This document shows positions 35,783-49,618 of a stretch of 49,745 nt of DNA, piece by piece. Where the stretch lies: assembly GCA_026026165.1 (NCBI GenBank), contig JAPEUD010000076.1:62001-111745 (forward strand). The letters are read 5' to 3'. Position numbers and translations under genes: made by a program. This DNA comes from Sarea resinae (taxonomy: Eukaryota). The number at the start of each line of letters is the position of its first letter. Position 1 is the first letter of the stretch. A model generated the notes under the pieces. The model was not told the DNA's origin, made no database searches, and was given only the letters and a program-made list of their open reading frames with translations.

Positions 35783-37164
35783 CTAGAATTCATGACCAGC
35801 CATATCTTCATCGTTATACGGCACACCACAAGAGTTGGATGACATGAAACCTTCTTCGTATTCGTTGGGTATGCCTTCGAATGAGTCATTGTCGAAGGGC
35901 CGTCTGCTCAGTCTGCGCACAAGGTGATCTATTGCTCCTACAGAGCCGTACTGAGCAACAAGATCTTCATCCTCATCACCATCATCGTCATCGTCAAAGG
36001 GAAAGCCGCAGTCACGACCTAAGGGATCTTGAAATCCTGATGGATGGTCCATCCTGGCCATGTCTGCCTCTATATCGCAGGGCAATTCATCGTCTCTGTT
36101 CTGATCCACAGGGTATCCCTGTAATAGATTAAAAAATTTACCCTGAAGACAAAGGAGATCGACGAGACTCATACGTAGTTATCGCCCCCTCGAGCTTCCT
36201 TCTTGATTGCTGTTTCTTTCTTCACCGCTGGCCTTGGTTTCGCTGCTGGCTTCTTCTTCTTGTCCTCCTTAACAGCCGCCTCTTTCTTCACTCCGGCCTC
36301 TTTCTTCACCCCGGACTCCTTCTTTACTGCTGTCTTCTTCTCTTGCTTCACTGGCCCTTTCTTTACTGCCGGCTTCTTCTCTTGCTTGACCGGAGCTTTA
36401 TGTATAGCCTCCTTCTTCGCCCTGGCATTCTGGGGCGTTGTAGGTCATGCTCTCGCCGTTGCTCTCTGAGAGAGACCTCCTCGACTGCACCGTGCCGTCT
36501 GAATCGGCCTAGATCGTGTTGGTTCCAGAGAAGCGCGATATTCGGCCCAATGCTCGCTTGAAGGGTAATTTGAATCTATACCTCCTAGTATGTTGTCCTC
36601 GAATGTCATCGGTGAGGGCATTCTCGTTGCTCTTGGCTTCGGCGTATTTTTCTTTGGAGCAGCTACATTCGGTCCGGACTTTTGCTTCTTGGCTGGTGAT
36701 TTCGAAGCATCGGGTCGCTTTCGCTTCTGGGATGATTGTGTGGCCTCCGCCGGGCTTCCAGCAATATTGGTGATTGCCTGCCCGGCCTTTAGTTGAGCTT
36801 TTGCTCTACGATTGGCAGCCTCATATTCCTTCTTCAGATCCGCTTCCACCCTTCGGATGCGTGTAGGGATCTCCAATTTTCCGGCATTCAAATTCTCTAG
36901 TAACCTGACTTTGGCGACTGCCTTATCCTTGGATTACGGAAGCCCATAGTGAATCAACTGTGCTTCGTACCAGTGACCGACTTGGTCCTTGACCTCGGAT
37001 GCTGGGGCCTTCTTCGACTTTGTCGCAGTCAAGTCTGGTCGCAGGAGAGCTGTCAGCTCGAGTATAGAAGATCGCTTGTGCCGATTCATTTGACCAACGT
37101 CGACGTAGAAATCGTCGTGATAGACGAAGCCATCTTTGACGATTGGAGGAGCGAAATTAGCCAT
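35783..37164 (-). pseudogene. Conserved fungal hypothetical gene (Lys-rich, putatively nuclear) interrupted by two in-frame stops
   Basis: One continuous frame: MANFAPP...DQVGHWYEAQLIHYGLP*(TAA 36936-36934)SKDKAVAKVRLLENLNAGKLEIP...RATARA*(TGA 36447-36445)PTTPQNARAKKEA...VKKE repeats...GGDNY. A GTATGA donor follows, then an acidic last exon ending at 35783. Confidence 0.75.
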
Positions 37165-37599
37165 GAGATGTATTGGCTCTGCGATTGCGATTGGCGGGAA
37201 AGCGTTAGTCGGGGTTGACTGATATCATGATTCTGAGACGAGTCGTGCTCGATTCGAACTGGAAAAGGAGGCCAACTGACTGCCTCGACTGGTGTCTTTC
37301 TCTGGCTTTCCTACGCCCTTGGATTGTTGAATGATGACTGGATGCTTTTGATATTTTGGGGGGATGTTGTTGATTTGGATACTGCCGGACAACCAGCCCC
37401 TCGGGAGTATCGTACTGCGCAGTACTCGTAGGCGCGTACCAAGGTTATCTACTAGGTAGACAGAAGTGGACTAGCGCGTCGGCGAACCGACGATTTTATT
37501 TTCTAAGATCGCCAACACCAAATTGTCGAAGTGCGCAGACAGAAGAATTGCAAACGTTTGAAAGAGGAAGAGCACGTCCACGCTGACAACCATTACAAG

Positions 37600-39682
37600 A
37601 TGGCACCAAACGTGGCGACCGATGAAACACACACGAAGAAGCGCAAGAGAAAGCACGGTAGCTCTGCAAAAGAACCCGTGGCGGTGACTGGCGCCGCCAA
37701 GTCTCCCACGCCCAAGGGCCACAAGAAGTCAAAGCGGGGGCACACACCCAGCTCCGAGGAAGAGGACGAAGACAAACAGTCGAGCCCGTCTCGGATTGAA
37801 GGAGATGAGAAATTAGATGAGGACGAGAGTGAAGACGTAGTCAGGATACCAGATGCGGTAGAGACTTCAGATGTCTCGGACGCGGAGGACGTCGAGAATG
37901 GCAATGCAGCGCAAAAAGGCGAAGCTGTGGATGGCCAGACAGATCTCCCATCAGACAATGCATTATCATTGCCTACAACCGGAGCGGAGCCTAAGAAGTT
38001 CTCGGAACTCAATCTTTCGGACAAAACCATGAAAGCTTTGGAGGACATGAAGTTCGAGACGATGACCGAAATTCAGCAGCGAGGTATCCCACCTCTGCTG
38101 GCCGGACGCGATGTTTTGGGTGCTGCGAAGACGGGTTCGGGGAAAACTCTAGCATTCTTGATCCCAGCCATCGAAATGCTCAGCTCTCTTCGATTCAAGC
38201 CAAGGAACGGTAAGCGTTGAATTCTTGTTCTTGTGAGTTCCTTACTAACCAGCACAGGCACTGGTGTGATCGTCGTGTCTCCAACCAGAGAACTGGCTCT
38301 ACAAATCTTTGGCGTTGCCCGCGAACTCATGGCCCATCACTCACAAACATACGGCATCGTCATCGGTGGAGCGAATCGAAGAGCAGAAGCCGAGAAGCTC
38401 ACCAAGGGAGTTAACCTTCTGATCGCTACGCCAGGCCGACTTCTCGATCATCTTCAAAACACCCAGGGATTTGTCTACAAGAACATCAAAGCTCTCATTA
38501 TCGATGAAGCAGACCGAATCCTCGAAGTTGGCTTCGAAGACGAAATGCGCCAGATCATTAAAATTCTACCAAAAGACGAGCGCCAGACAATGCTCTTCTC
38601 CGCGACGCAAACCACCAAAGTCGAAGACCTGGCCAGGATATCTCTACGAGCAGGTCCCATGTATATCAACGTTGACCATCGCAAGGAACACAGCACAGTC
38701 GAGGGGCTGGAGCAAGGCTATGTCATCTGCGATTCGGACAAGCGTTTCCTCCTGCTCTTCTCGTTTCTGAAACGCAACCTGAAGAAGAAGATTATTGTCT
38801 TCTTTTCCAGCTGCAATTGTGTCAAATATCATGCCGAACTTCTCAATTACATCGACTTGCCAGTCCTGGATCTGCATGGCAAGCAAAAGCAACAAAAACG
38901 CACGAACACGTTTTTCGAATTCTGCAATGCCAAGCAGGGCACCCTCATCTGCACCGACGTTGCCGCACGAGGTCTTGATGTAAGTTGTAGTCCCCTTTCA
39001 CGCTTATCCTTTTGATCTCATTATCTAGACTCAATGACATTTATTGACAACTTCTCTAGATCCCCGCCGTAGACTGGATCGTTCAATTCGATCCCCCAGA
39101 TGACCCGCGCGACTACATCCACCGCGTCGGCCGGACCGCCCGCGGATCCAACGGCAAGGGTCGCTCACTTATGTTCCTGCAACCATCCGAAGTCGGCTTC
39201 CTCGCGCACCTGAAAGAAGCCCGCGTCCCTGTCGTCGAGTTCGAGTTCCCAGCTAAACGGATCGTCAATGTGCAGAGTCAGCTCGAGAAGTTGATCGGCC
39301 AAAACTATTATTTGAACAAGGTATGTGCAACTCACAGCAAACGATTGATTCGTGTGATGGTTTATATATGTGTCAATGTGCTGACATAAACGAATAGTCA
39401 GCGAAAGATGGCTACCGCTCCTACCTCCAAGCTTACGCCTCGCACTCTCTACGGTCCATCTTCGACGTCAACAAACTCGACCTCGTCAAGGTTGCCAAGA
39501 GCTTCGGTTTCTCGACCCCGCCGCGCGTCGACATTACGCTCGGTGCCAGTATGGCCCGGGATCGCAAGGAACAAGGCGGTGGGCGGAGGGCGTATGGCAG
39601 TCAGCCAAGACAAAATCAGAATGGGGGTGGTAGGGATGGCCATGGTCAAGGGCAGAGGTTCAAGCGGAGGAGGGAGGACTGA
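37600..39682 (+). CDS. HAS1: ATP-dependent DEAD-box RNA helicase HAS1 (DDX18)
   Basis: Four exons. Q motif [114 protein letters not shown]. Confidence 0.96.
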
Positions 39683-40761
39683 GGGTAGAAGGCTGCGAAG
39701 AGGCGGTTGATTGAGTTTGTTTAGATGGGTACGACGCGTCTTTTGTTGTGTGCCATAGGTTGGTGTCGTGCCCATATTCCTTTCTCTCTTTCTTTGTCAC
39801 TATCTCCTTACCTACAACACCGGCCTATCTATCTACCCACAGAGATGGCGTCCATGAAAGCAGAAAGTAGAAAACCATCAGACTGAATTCACATAAAATA
39901 CTGCAAAATTTCTAGACTCCAGTAGCTGGGTAAGTATAAAATTCCGAATCACTTACTTCCATCGTCCATGATTCATGGGATTGGGGCTTACGCACTTCCA
40001 CTTGAAAATGCTTGGAGGTATTGGTTTTTTTGTAGAAGCTGGTAATTGACTAAGACATTAATAATTGTTGATTTTCCTCTGAATGAGTGATTGCTCTACT
40101 ATGTGACACGATTACATTGGCATGCTAGAACGAGTCTCGCCTTGCCAGTCAACTTGTGAGGAGCGCTGCTATCCTCGTAGTAAGGCAGGTATAAGAGCTG
40201 ATGGTCCGAGTCATTCCTTTCGTCCACGATGCCAAAATGATACCTCTGACCAAAATATTATCTATGCGATACCTGAAAGATAGACCGGGATGCCGATAAT
40301 CGGACCCTCGTTCTCTCGAATTGCAAAGCGGAGCGTCACGGTGGGGCAGACTGACCGGGAAAGCGAGTGATGTTCGTGTTGGCAAGGGCCCGGTACAGTG
40401 CGGGCGACGGGCACTTTACCTAACTCGGCCAAATGATCACAATCCCCACACAGCGCTCAACAGAAATTCTAGAAGGTCTCGGTTGAGTCAAAACTCTCAT
40501 TCGCGCTTGGGGTCCATCAAAAAGAGTCAATGCGCCGGATCGCGATCCATCAGTGATCCTATATAAGTCGTGATGCCGTCAATGGATGGTGTCGACATTG
40601 AAGTTCGCGATCTTTCGGTTCGGCCAAGGCATAGCACCCCGCAGTTCGTGGCGCAATCACTTCCTCGGCGGCGGAGTTCCTAGCTTTATTTCAGTTCCTT
40701 GAAACCTCTATCAACCTGATCTTGATCCAATTCCGAATGACCAGGATTGCTCTTGTTTCTG

Positions 40762-42600
40762 ATGACGGCGGATCTGCCAGTCCCCCACGGCCCGGCTGTG
40801 GCGGAGGTGGGGGGCTCTCTTGATGGCGTTACCAAGGATGTCAACACCTGCGAATCGCGGCAGGTAGATTCGGACTTGGCTGACGAGAAAGAGATTGAGA
40901 GAATATATAGGTAAGATATCATACAAATACTAAATCAGACAGAATGCTAATATCAATATGCAGGAAATTAGATCTCCGAATCATACCCGGTAAGAAATCA
41001 TCTGTCCTTTCAGCGTGCAATGCTTGCTCATTTCGTCATGTTAGCATTCTGGATTCTTTATTTCCTGTGTTCTGCAATCAGATCAAACATCTCGCTCGCG
41101 CAGACCATGAATACGGCCCAAGGCCATAATCTCATGCAGAAATTGCACCTCTCCGACCATCAAACCTCGACGGCACTTGCATTATTCTATGTCTGTTACG
41201 TTGTCTTTGACCTTCCCGCAAATTTGGCGATGACAAAGCTCAGCCCACATGTATGGATGAGTAGAATTGTCATCGGCGTTGGCATCATTGGAAGCTGCTT
41301 CACGGCTGTCAGTGGCGCTTGGAATCTGTAGTATGTCTCATGACTTGGATAACTGAGATCTTCATAAGATGCTGATATATATCGAAGCCTCCTCCGCCTC
41401 CTGCTCGGGCTCGTGATTGCAGGAATGTGGCCGGGGATGTCTTATTATCTTACTCTGTTCTATCCGCCCTCTCGCACGGGTAAGCGAATTGGCCAGTATT
41501 TCACGGCCGCTCAGCTCTCAGCTGCAGTTGTCGGCTTAGTCTCTGCAGGCTTTCAGAAGATGGACGGGCGGGGTGGGTTGGTAGGATTTCAATGGATGTT
41601 CCTCATCTACGGTTTGATTACCGTCCTAGTGGGGATTTCACTGCTCTGGTGGCTTCCGGACCGCCCATTGCCGCCCGGCCAAATTCGGGAAAAGGGGGGT
41701 TGGCGCAAGTTCATCCCCAAAAACAAGCCAGCTCTTGAAGGAGAAGATGCTAGGATTCATTATGAAGACCTCACGCGCGTCTATCACCAGCCAGCGTGGA
41801 AGTTCAGAGACTTCCTGAGGGTATTCATGGATTGGAGGCTATGGCCGTTACTGATGATGTATTTTGGTGTGGTGGGTGTGGGCATTGGAGTGCAGAACTA
41901 CGGCAATGTTATCATCGCAAGTATCAATCCGAATCTCTCTGGCATCGATATCAGTCTTCTCTTTGCCCCAATCTGGATCGTAAGTTTTCGTTCCCGTTTG
42001 TCCTGTGCCAGTGAACTAATCCGTGGACAGATGGATCTGATCGCGATTCTCCTCGTAACGCCCTTCTCTGATCGTTTCAACCACCATCGCGCCCTGTTCT
42101 TCAGTATTCCAGTCTGCATACAGATTATTGGGCTTGTCGTGACCACGTATGCGGGGGGTCCAGACAACCCTTGGCCGCGCTACGGAGGCCTGCTCATCAT
42201 TGGATTTGGCCTCGGACCTACTGTGCCTATCACCATGACATGGACGAGCGAGATCTTCCAACCTCGACACGGCGAATTAGGCGTAGCCGCGGCAAGTGCT
42301 ATCGTATCCGGCTGGGGCAACTGTGGGTCGATATTAACGACGTATGCTCTCTACGAGGGATGGAGCGCGGATGCTAGGCCTGGGCCCAAGCAATTCCGGA
42401 AGAGCAATCTCGTCATGATTGGGATCCTGTGCGCGTCTATCGTCAGCTCGCTAGTCCTGACCGTTCTCTTGAGGTTCTGTGGTGGAGAGCCTGGCCGGAT
42501 GAACGTCGATGACAGCGGCCACGGAGCCGTACTTATCACAGATGGCGCCGCGAGAAGAGAGGCTAGACAGAGGGGACTGAGAAGCTTATGGCGAAGATGA
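40762..42600 (+). CDS. MFS transporter, anion:cation symporter (allantoate permease-like) family
   Basis: Five exons with GT-AG introns. EKEIERIYRKLDLRIIPAFWILYFLCSAIRSNI, FYVCYVVFDLPAN, LLRLLLGLVIAGMWPG..YYLTLFYP, GLVGFQWMFLIYG, WWLPDRP; multiple hydrophobic segments. Confidence 0.92.
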
Positions 42601-44354
42601 CGAGAGAACGTATACGGAGTAGTCTGTCTTCTCGAGAACGATGCTCGCAAGGATCAGAATAGATGAAAGCAATCTTGCAATTTCCACAACGGTAGATCTA
42701 GCACAGCTCGGTTTTCGACTAGGGGACGTTATGTGCGTGTGGAGTGCATGGCCTATCCATCATCACACGTCACGTTTCATCTCATGATGGCTCCTACTGG
42801 CTAGGTACATTTCGAGAACGAAGCCGTCGCAATCCATCTGGATCGATTTTCGGTGCGCTACCTTACTTCTGACCGGTCTTGGTGCGAGTCTGTAATGGTC
42901 GAAAATTGGAGGCGGTCAGAGTGCAGTGTGCGAGGAGCATGGTCATGCTGATGGGTTCTAGGCCCTGTGGCTGACTCAGGTAGCGTGACCTATTGCTGTC
43001 GAGAGCAAGTCGATCTTTTTCAATACCGAACTACTCTATTCGTACACGGACTACCTTCGAAGAGCACATCATACAGGTAGTACACGGCGACGGCATCGAT
43101 TCAGCTTCACCATCAGGGCCGTCGTTCGGGCCAAGGAGCGAGAGGAGACTTCTCGGGGCGGAAGCGGGGAGAGTCGAATCCGAGAGGCGAAAGCTGAAGA
43201 CGGATCCGGATGGGGCTACTTGAAATACTTACGGAGTACTCTCTGGCTTCCCCGTCTGGCGACTCAGGCACCGAAACGCCACAGGGTTTACGGTACGTCG
43301 AGAGTACTTGTCGTCCGCCCATCACGTACCCGTCCTACCAGGTCCTTCGAGGGTCCTTCCGCCCCAGTCAGGTTGCAGGTAGCGTCGTCCCAGTTCGTGT
43401 CCGGGCATCGAGATGAAGTCATTCGGATCTCCCAGCACCTGCCCCTATTCCGCTTCGAGTCATTTCAGGGAAACTCTCGGTCGCGAGACGAAAAAAGTCG
43501 AAGATGGGAATGTCGGATTGGCGATGCGTGATGATCTGATTGATGGCCATGCCAGCTCCTCCGGAGGATGCAATATCGACACATTTGGCATTATTAATCA
43601 TCAGGTCTACTCGTAGTCCCGCGGATGATCATAATCCATACCTGAACCCTGCCGACGATGCTGACGATGCGGATCATGATGATGTCTGAATGTGTCGCAC
43701 TCTGACCGACCATTGATTGATCCATCCCACCACCACCACCACCACCACCACTACCACCTGGTTGTCCCTACTCCCGCCACCAACGAATGCCTACATCACA
43801 GTGAATCGACGAGCCTTTCAGCTCGCACTCGTAATATGCTTTCTCCTCTTCTTCCTCCATTCCCTTCTCACCCCGTCGTCGACCTATGATTCACCAACTG
43901 CCTTGCTACCTGCCATCATCACTACCTCATTCTACCTCTCTAATCCCCTACAAATACAACACAGATCAGGATACTCGCCACCTGTTCTGGTGCTTCCATC
44001 CGCACATTTCGCATCTCGCCTCTCGCCTCTCGCCTCTCGCATCTCCGAATTCGACTGTCGTGTTCGGACCCTGGCTACCTTAGACACACCCCTGCTACTG
44101 CCCGTTACGGGTCCGCGCCCCTGTGGCTTGGTGCCTTCCTAATATCGATCCATGACGACCGAAATCAGGTAAAACCAAAATCGATGCCGTCTTGGCCCTA
44201 GGAAAACTTGGCTGCTGTTGATCTACCTCGATGTGCCCTCTGGACGTGGGGTCCTACTCCAGCTCGAAGCGTTCATGTCAAGTTTGAGATTGTAAACCCA
44301 TAGCATCAGAGTGTCCCGCGCCAAACAGCGTGTGTTTTCTGTCGGTGTGCGGCC

Positions 44355-47300
44355 ATGGCGACGTTCCAAAATCCCGATGGCACGGTGGTTCCAACCGTCG
44401 TGCCTCCAGCCGTCGAATTTCCATTTCCACGATCAAGCTCCGTCTCGGCGGCCTCTGTTACCGATGCACAACTGCAAGAAAAACGTCCGGCGGCGGATTA
44501 TGAGACTCCTGGGGCAGTGGCGCCGACGAGAGTGGCGTCTTCGAGCACGCTTGATGCACCTAAGGTCCCGATGAGGGCAGTGTCTACGAGCTCACTCGAG
44601 GCCCCAGATGCACCCGCGAGAACACTTTCCGCAAATACCGTTGGGTCAATGAAAGCGAGCAGCCCATGGAAGGCGCCGCGCACGAGGCCTGCCGCCAGGA
44701 AGTCCATCACGGAGCGGCCAATGGTGGCACCGCGCGGCTCATTATTCGCAATCAAGAGAAGGGCAACCGGAGGTGGTCCAACGGAATTGAACAAGGCTGC
44801 TTGGCGCTCGTCAACATCATCGGACTCGGACGACCTGAGTTCCTCGTCGGACGAGGAGGGCGATCAAAAGTCGGAGCAGGCGAAAAGCAAATCTTCTTCA
44901 GGGACGGCTGCCGCTGCCCATCTGAAAGAGAGGGCCAAGCACCTGGGGGGACGTAAGGGATCGAAGGACGACCCGTATTCCAGATTCTCCGTCGGCAATG
45001 ATCTTTACAAGACCAGAGGCAGGGTTTCTCAGCGAGATGGCCGTTTGAATATTTCCCTCAGCGAGACCGCAAACAGTGGTTATCTCGCCAAAGCCCTTGG
45101 GGCTACCTTGAAACATCAGTGAGTTGCTTGCCTGGTCGAATATGACTTTGCTGATCGATTGCAGTTTTGCGAAACGGGATTGGGATGACGATCGAACCGT
45201 TTCGCCCGTCCGAGAAGAGGAGGAACGGCCCGGTTTATCGCGAGAACCTACAGCTTCAGCTGCACCTTCGGCGTACGAGACGGCTCCGAGGCCGATACTC
45301 AATATAGTCATCATGGTGATAGGGTCTCGTGGAGACATTCAGCCATTCTTGAAGATTGGAAAGATACTCAAGGAAGACTATGGGCATCGTGTCAGGATAG
45401 CCACACATCCAGCGTTCAAGAAATTTGTCGAGCAGGACTCGGGCCTTGAATTCTTCTCGGTCGGCGGCGACCCAGCCGAGCTTATGGCTTTCATGGTCAA
45501 AAATCCTGGCCTGATACCGTCTGTCGAGACAGTCAAAGCTGGAGAGATTGGCAGACGCCGCGAGGCCATGTTTGAAATGTTTCAAGGGTTTTGGCGAGCC
45601 TGCATCAACGCCACCGATGACGAGAAAGATATTGCGAATTTGAAGATGAGTGAGTTGGTGCTTCTGTTGAACCGGCACTTTAGATTGACTTTTTCTAGTG
45701 GGGAACAAACACCCATTTGTCGCGGACGCCATCATTGCCAATCCTCCGTCTTTTGCACATGTTCACTGCGCGGAGCGATTAGGAATTCCCCTGCACCTGA
45801 TGTTCACTTTTCCATATACCCCTACGCAGCAATTTCCGCATCCTTTGGCGAACATTAAAAGAACTAATGTCGATACCAACTACTCTAATTTCATCAGTTA
45901 TCCGTTGGTCGAAATGATGACATGGCAGGGGTAAGGACGATCCTCCATATGGTTGAAGACATTGCTGACATTTGTAGTCTTGGCGACCTCGTCAACATTT
46001 TCCGTGTCAAGACGTTAGGCCTCGAGCCAGTGTCTACCCTTTGGGCGCCAGGCCAGCTGTATCGACTCAAAGTGCCGTATACCTACATGTGGTCTCCAGG
46101 CTTGGTTCCAAAGCCCGCAGATTGGGGTCCAGAAATCACCATTGCAGGATTCGTCTTTCTCGATCTCGCCTCGTCTTTTGAGCCACCCGAGAGCCTGACC
46201 AAGTTTTTGGAGGCTGGTCCACCGCCGGTTTATATCGGATTCGGCAGCATTGTCGTTTCTGACCCGGAAAAGTTCACAGCTATGATTTTCGAGGCTGTGG
46301 AAAAGGCCGGTGTCCGAGCGCTTGTCAGCAAGGGCTGGGGAGGATTGGGTGACGAGGGCAACACTCCCGATAATATCTATATGCTGGATAATATCCCGCA
46401 TGATTGGCTCTTTCCACGGGTGAGCGCAGTCATCCATCACGGGGGTGCGGGGACAACAGCGATCGGATTGAAATGCGGAAAGCCGACCATGATCGTGCCC
46501 TTCTTCGGTGACCAGCCATTCTGGGGAGCCATGGTTGCCAAGGCCGGCGCAGGAGCATCTGAATCGATCCCGTACAAATACCTCACCGCCGACAGGCTTG
46601 CTGAAGGGATCAGAGAGTGTCTCACCCCTGAGGCGCAAGAGAATGCACAAAAACTTGCGGACGGTATAGCTGCAGAAGGTGACGGTGCCCGAAATGCGGT
46701 GCGAGCCTTCCACCAAGCTCTACCATTGCGAGGGGAGCACTCGATGCGCTGCTCAATCTTCCATGACCGAGTTGCAGTGTGGGCCCTTGAAAATACACAT
46801 ATTCGACTGTCTGCTCTGGCAGCCGAAATATTGGTCGAAATGAAAAAGGTACAATGGAGGGATTTGCATCTCTTGCGTCACCGCGAATGGAACGACTTTG
46901 ACGGACCTGGGGAGCCCTTGACTGGCGGAGGAGCGGCTCTTTGGAACGCGGCTTCTGGGGTTGCCAGAGGTATCGGTGGGGTGCCTGTAAGGTGGGCTAA
47001 AATGATCAAGAAGAGAAAGCGGCTGGTGGGGAAGGAAGCACAGGAAGATGGAAAGGCTTCTGAGCACGACAAAAGAGAGAAGAAGTCGGCTGCTAATGAT
47101 AACCCCCAACATGGAGGTCACCGCATTCCTCACGATACGCAGCCAAGTGGAGGTTTAATGAAGGAGATGGGGAATGACGAGGATGCTCAGGAATCTGGAA
47201 CTGCAGTTGATGGCCCCGAAGAGGCTGCTGAAATCGCACGGGATATGGCCGAGGAAGCCGGGAGGGGGTTGACGGTTTCAGGAGAAGCGCTAGCCAAAGG

Positions 47301-48460
47301 TTTGGGATTTCATTCTGGCACTTATGGTAGCTATGCTGACTTTCAATACAGCACCGATGAATCTCTCCCTGGCCATCGCCCAAGGCTTCCACAACGCTCC
47401 ACGTCTTTATGGTGACAAGACCGTCCGGCGCCCAATTCGCATCACGGGCATGAAATCTGGCCTGCGGGCCGCGGGCGACGAGTTCATCTATGGTATCTGG
47501 GACGGCTGGACGGGTGTGGTCATGCAACCCTACACGGGAGCTCGCGATGAAGGTTCCGTCGGCTTCATCAAAGGAGTCGCTCGGGGTTTTGGGGGGTTCA
47601 TCCTGAAGGACATTGCCGCGATCATCGGACCATTCGGCTATACTCTCAAGGGCATCCACAAGGAAATCCAGAAAGGGCACCAACCGACCGCTTTTATCCG
47701 CCGCGCACGAATCATCCAAGGCCAGAAGGACCTAAGAGAACTATCACTTCCCGAGCGCAAGGAGGCTTTCGATATCGTTGGCCGGAGCTGGAAAATCATC
47801 AAGGAGATCAAAACGACAATGGAAGAGACGAAGCAGCATTCGCGCGGCGGGGGGATTCGGGGACGCAAGGATGCCAGCCGTGAGAAGCGTACCTGGGAGG
47901 CCAGCGGTGTTTTTGAGAATGTGCAACAAGCCCATGAGGCGCTGAGAGCTAAGAGGCAGGGGAAGAACATTCCCAAGTATTTTCGAAGGCATCGCGAGAG
48001 CGTGGCCCAGAATGGGGGTCCGGTATCCCCACTGCCTATGGGAGGTGATGAGGCGAAGAAGACCAAGACGCCGACTGTGAAGAGGGCGACCAAGGAGGGG
48101 GGTGTCGGGAGAAAGGCAGCGAAAGCACCGATGATGGATGGCGTGGTTGAGGAGCCAGAGGTGACTCCGGAGGGTCTCCGGTCGAAGAGCGAGCCTGAGC
48201 CTCACACCGCTGGGGTCGAGGGTGTCGATCATGGCCACGGGGATGCTGATGTCAATGCCAATGGCGACGCCAAGATGAATGGCAATGGCAGTGGCATGGC
48301 CAACGGACTGCTCTCACCGGCCCCGGAATCCCAGCCGCAGCAGCAGAAGCTGGGCCATTCGCTCTCTCTTCCCGATCAGTCTACCGGTGGACGGCTGCAC
48401 TTGGATGGTGCTCTGGCTATGGATAAGCTGCCGATGGCCAACGGCGCCGTTGTCGCCTAG
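44355..48460 (+). CDS. Sterol 3-beta-glucosyltransferase-like UDP-glycosyltransferase (GT1; Glyco_transf_28 N-domain plus UDPGT C-domain)
   Basis: Five exons. [103 protein letters not shown], and C-terminal [11 protein letters not shown]. The start codon is uncertain. Confidence 0.93.
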
Positions 48461-48859
48461 ACGTCTTTTGTTCTGTCGTGCTGCGTTGTCGTGTGTCGGT
48501 TTCCATGGTCTTGCTGGCTGGCTGGTGGTGTTGAGTGATGGAAGTGGTGGACGGGTGGTTTTGATTCCTCTGCTGGCAGCTTCGTCGTTGGTCGTGCTAT
48601 GCGAGTGAGAGAGAGAGGGAGCTTTAGACCTCGTTACGTTAATCATTGCTCATGCGCACTTCCTTCCTGCTTGCTCACTTCCTCTCTTCCTCTCCTCCTT
48701 CCATCTCCATTTCCATCTCGCTTCCGCCCTTCCTTTCTCTCTTCCTTTTCTCTTCCGTTTCCCTTTTCTTTTTTCTCTCTTTTCTCATTCTTATACCCCA
48801 GCTCCACGTTTCTGTTTCCTTTTTTTTCACCCCCTTTTTCTAGATCCTTTTGACTCTAC

Positions 48860-49600
48860 CTACAACTACAACTACGACTACGGTATCAGAGTCCTGGACT
48901 CGCTAGATAGACTCGACTAGTATGATACTTGAATCGAATCAATTCAATAAATCAATCAATCAATCAAATAAATAACTAGACAAATGAATGAATCAATCAA
49001 TCAATCAATCAATCAATCAACAAAACTGACATCTTCTCGTCCCTTGAATGAGCTGATGAAGGAGGACAAGGAGACACGGAGACACGGAGACACGGAGAGG
49101 GTCTGAAAATGAACTTGAGTGGATTTACTTTGATGTAATGGGATGTGTCGTGTCGTGTCGTGTCGTGTCGTGTCGTGTCGGACTTGCCTTGGCCTGACTT
49201 GCCTTGGCCTGACTTGCCTTGGCCTGACTTGCCTTGGCCTGACTTGCCTTGGTCTGACTGGACTGGACTGGACTGGACTGGACTGGACTGGACTGGACTA
49301 GACCTGACCTGACCTGACCTTCAAGGAATCCGAGCTCAACAATTTGTTTGGGTAACACAACTTGAACACATTCATTTCATTGCACTTGAGACGCTTAACT
49401 GGACGGCACTTAAACTGGACGGCACTTAATTGCACTTGATTGGACTCAGACTCAGACTCAGACTCAGACTCCAATTCAACTTGACTTGACTTGACTTGAC
49501 TTGACTTCACTTGAACAAAGGTATGGTATGGTATGGTATTGGTTCTATTCTCTATCTATGTACGATGTACGATGTACGATGTAAGTACGAAGTAAGGATG
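48860..49600. repeat. Compound microsatellite/minisatellite tract
   Basis: (TCAA)n ~48950-49022; (GGAGACAC)x3 ~49070-49097; (GTGTC)x7 49145-49179; (GACTTGCCTTGGCCT)x5 49181-49255; (GACTG)x8 49256-49295; (GACCT)x4 49301-49320; (GACTCA)n ~49443-49471; (GACTT)n ~49480-49507; (GGTAT)x4; (TGTACGA)x3. Confidence 0.95.
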
Positions 49601-49618
49601 CCGGGGATCTCCTCGTCG

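Noticed and set aside
44152..44303. Possible upstream first exon for the glycosyltransferase (ATG 44152, donor 44169, acceptor 44303)
   Set aside because: This splice enters a different frame from the GT ORF; at most it is a uORF or 5' UTR intron, which cannot be supported without cDNA.
49181..49255. 15-bp repeats as a CRISPR-like array or coding (QAKAS)n repeat
   Set aside because: The repeats are tandem with no spacers, in a eukaryotic context; the ORF is a by-product of stop-free microsatellites.
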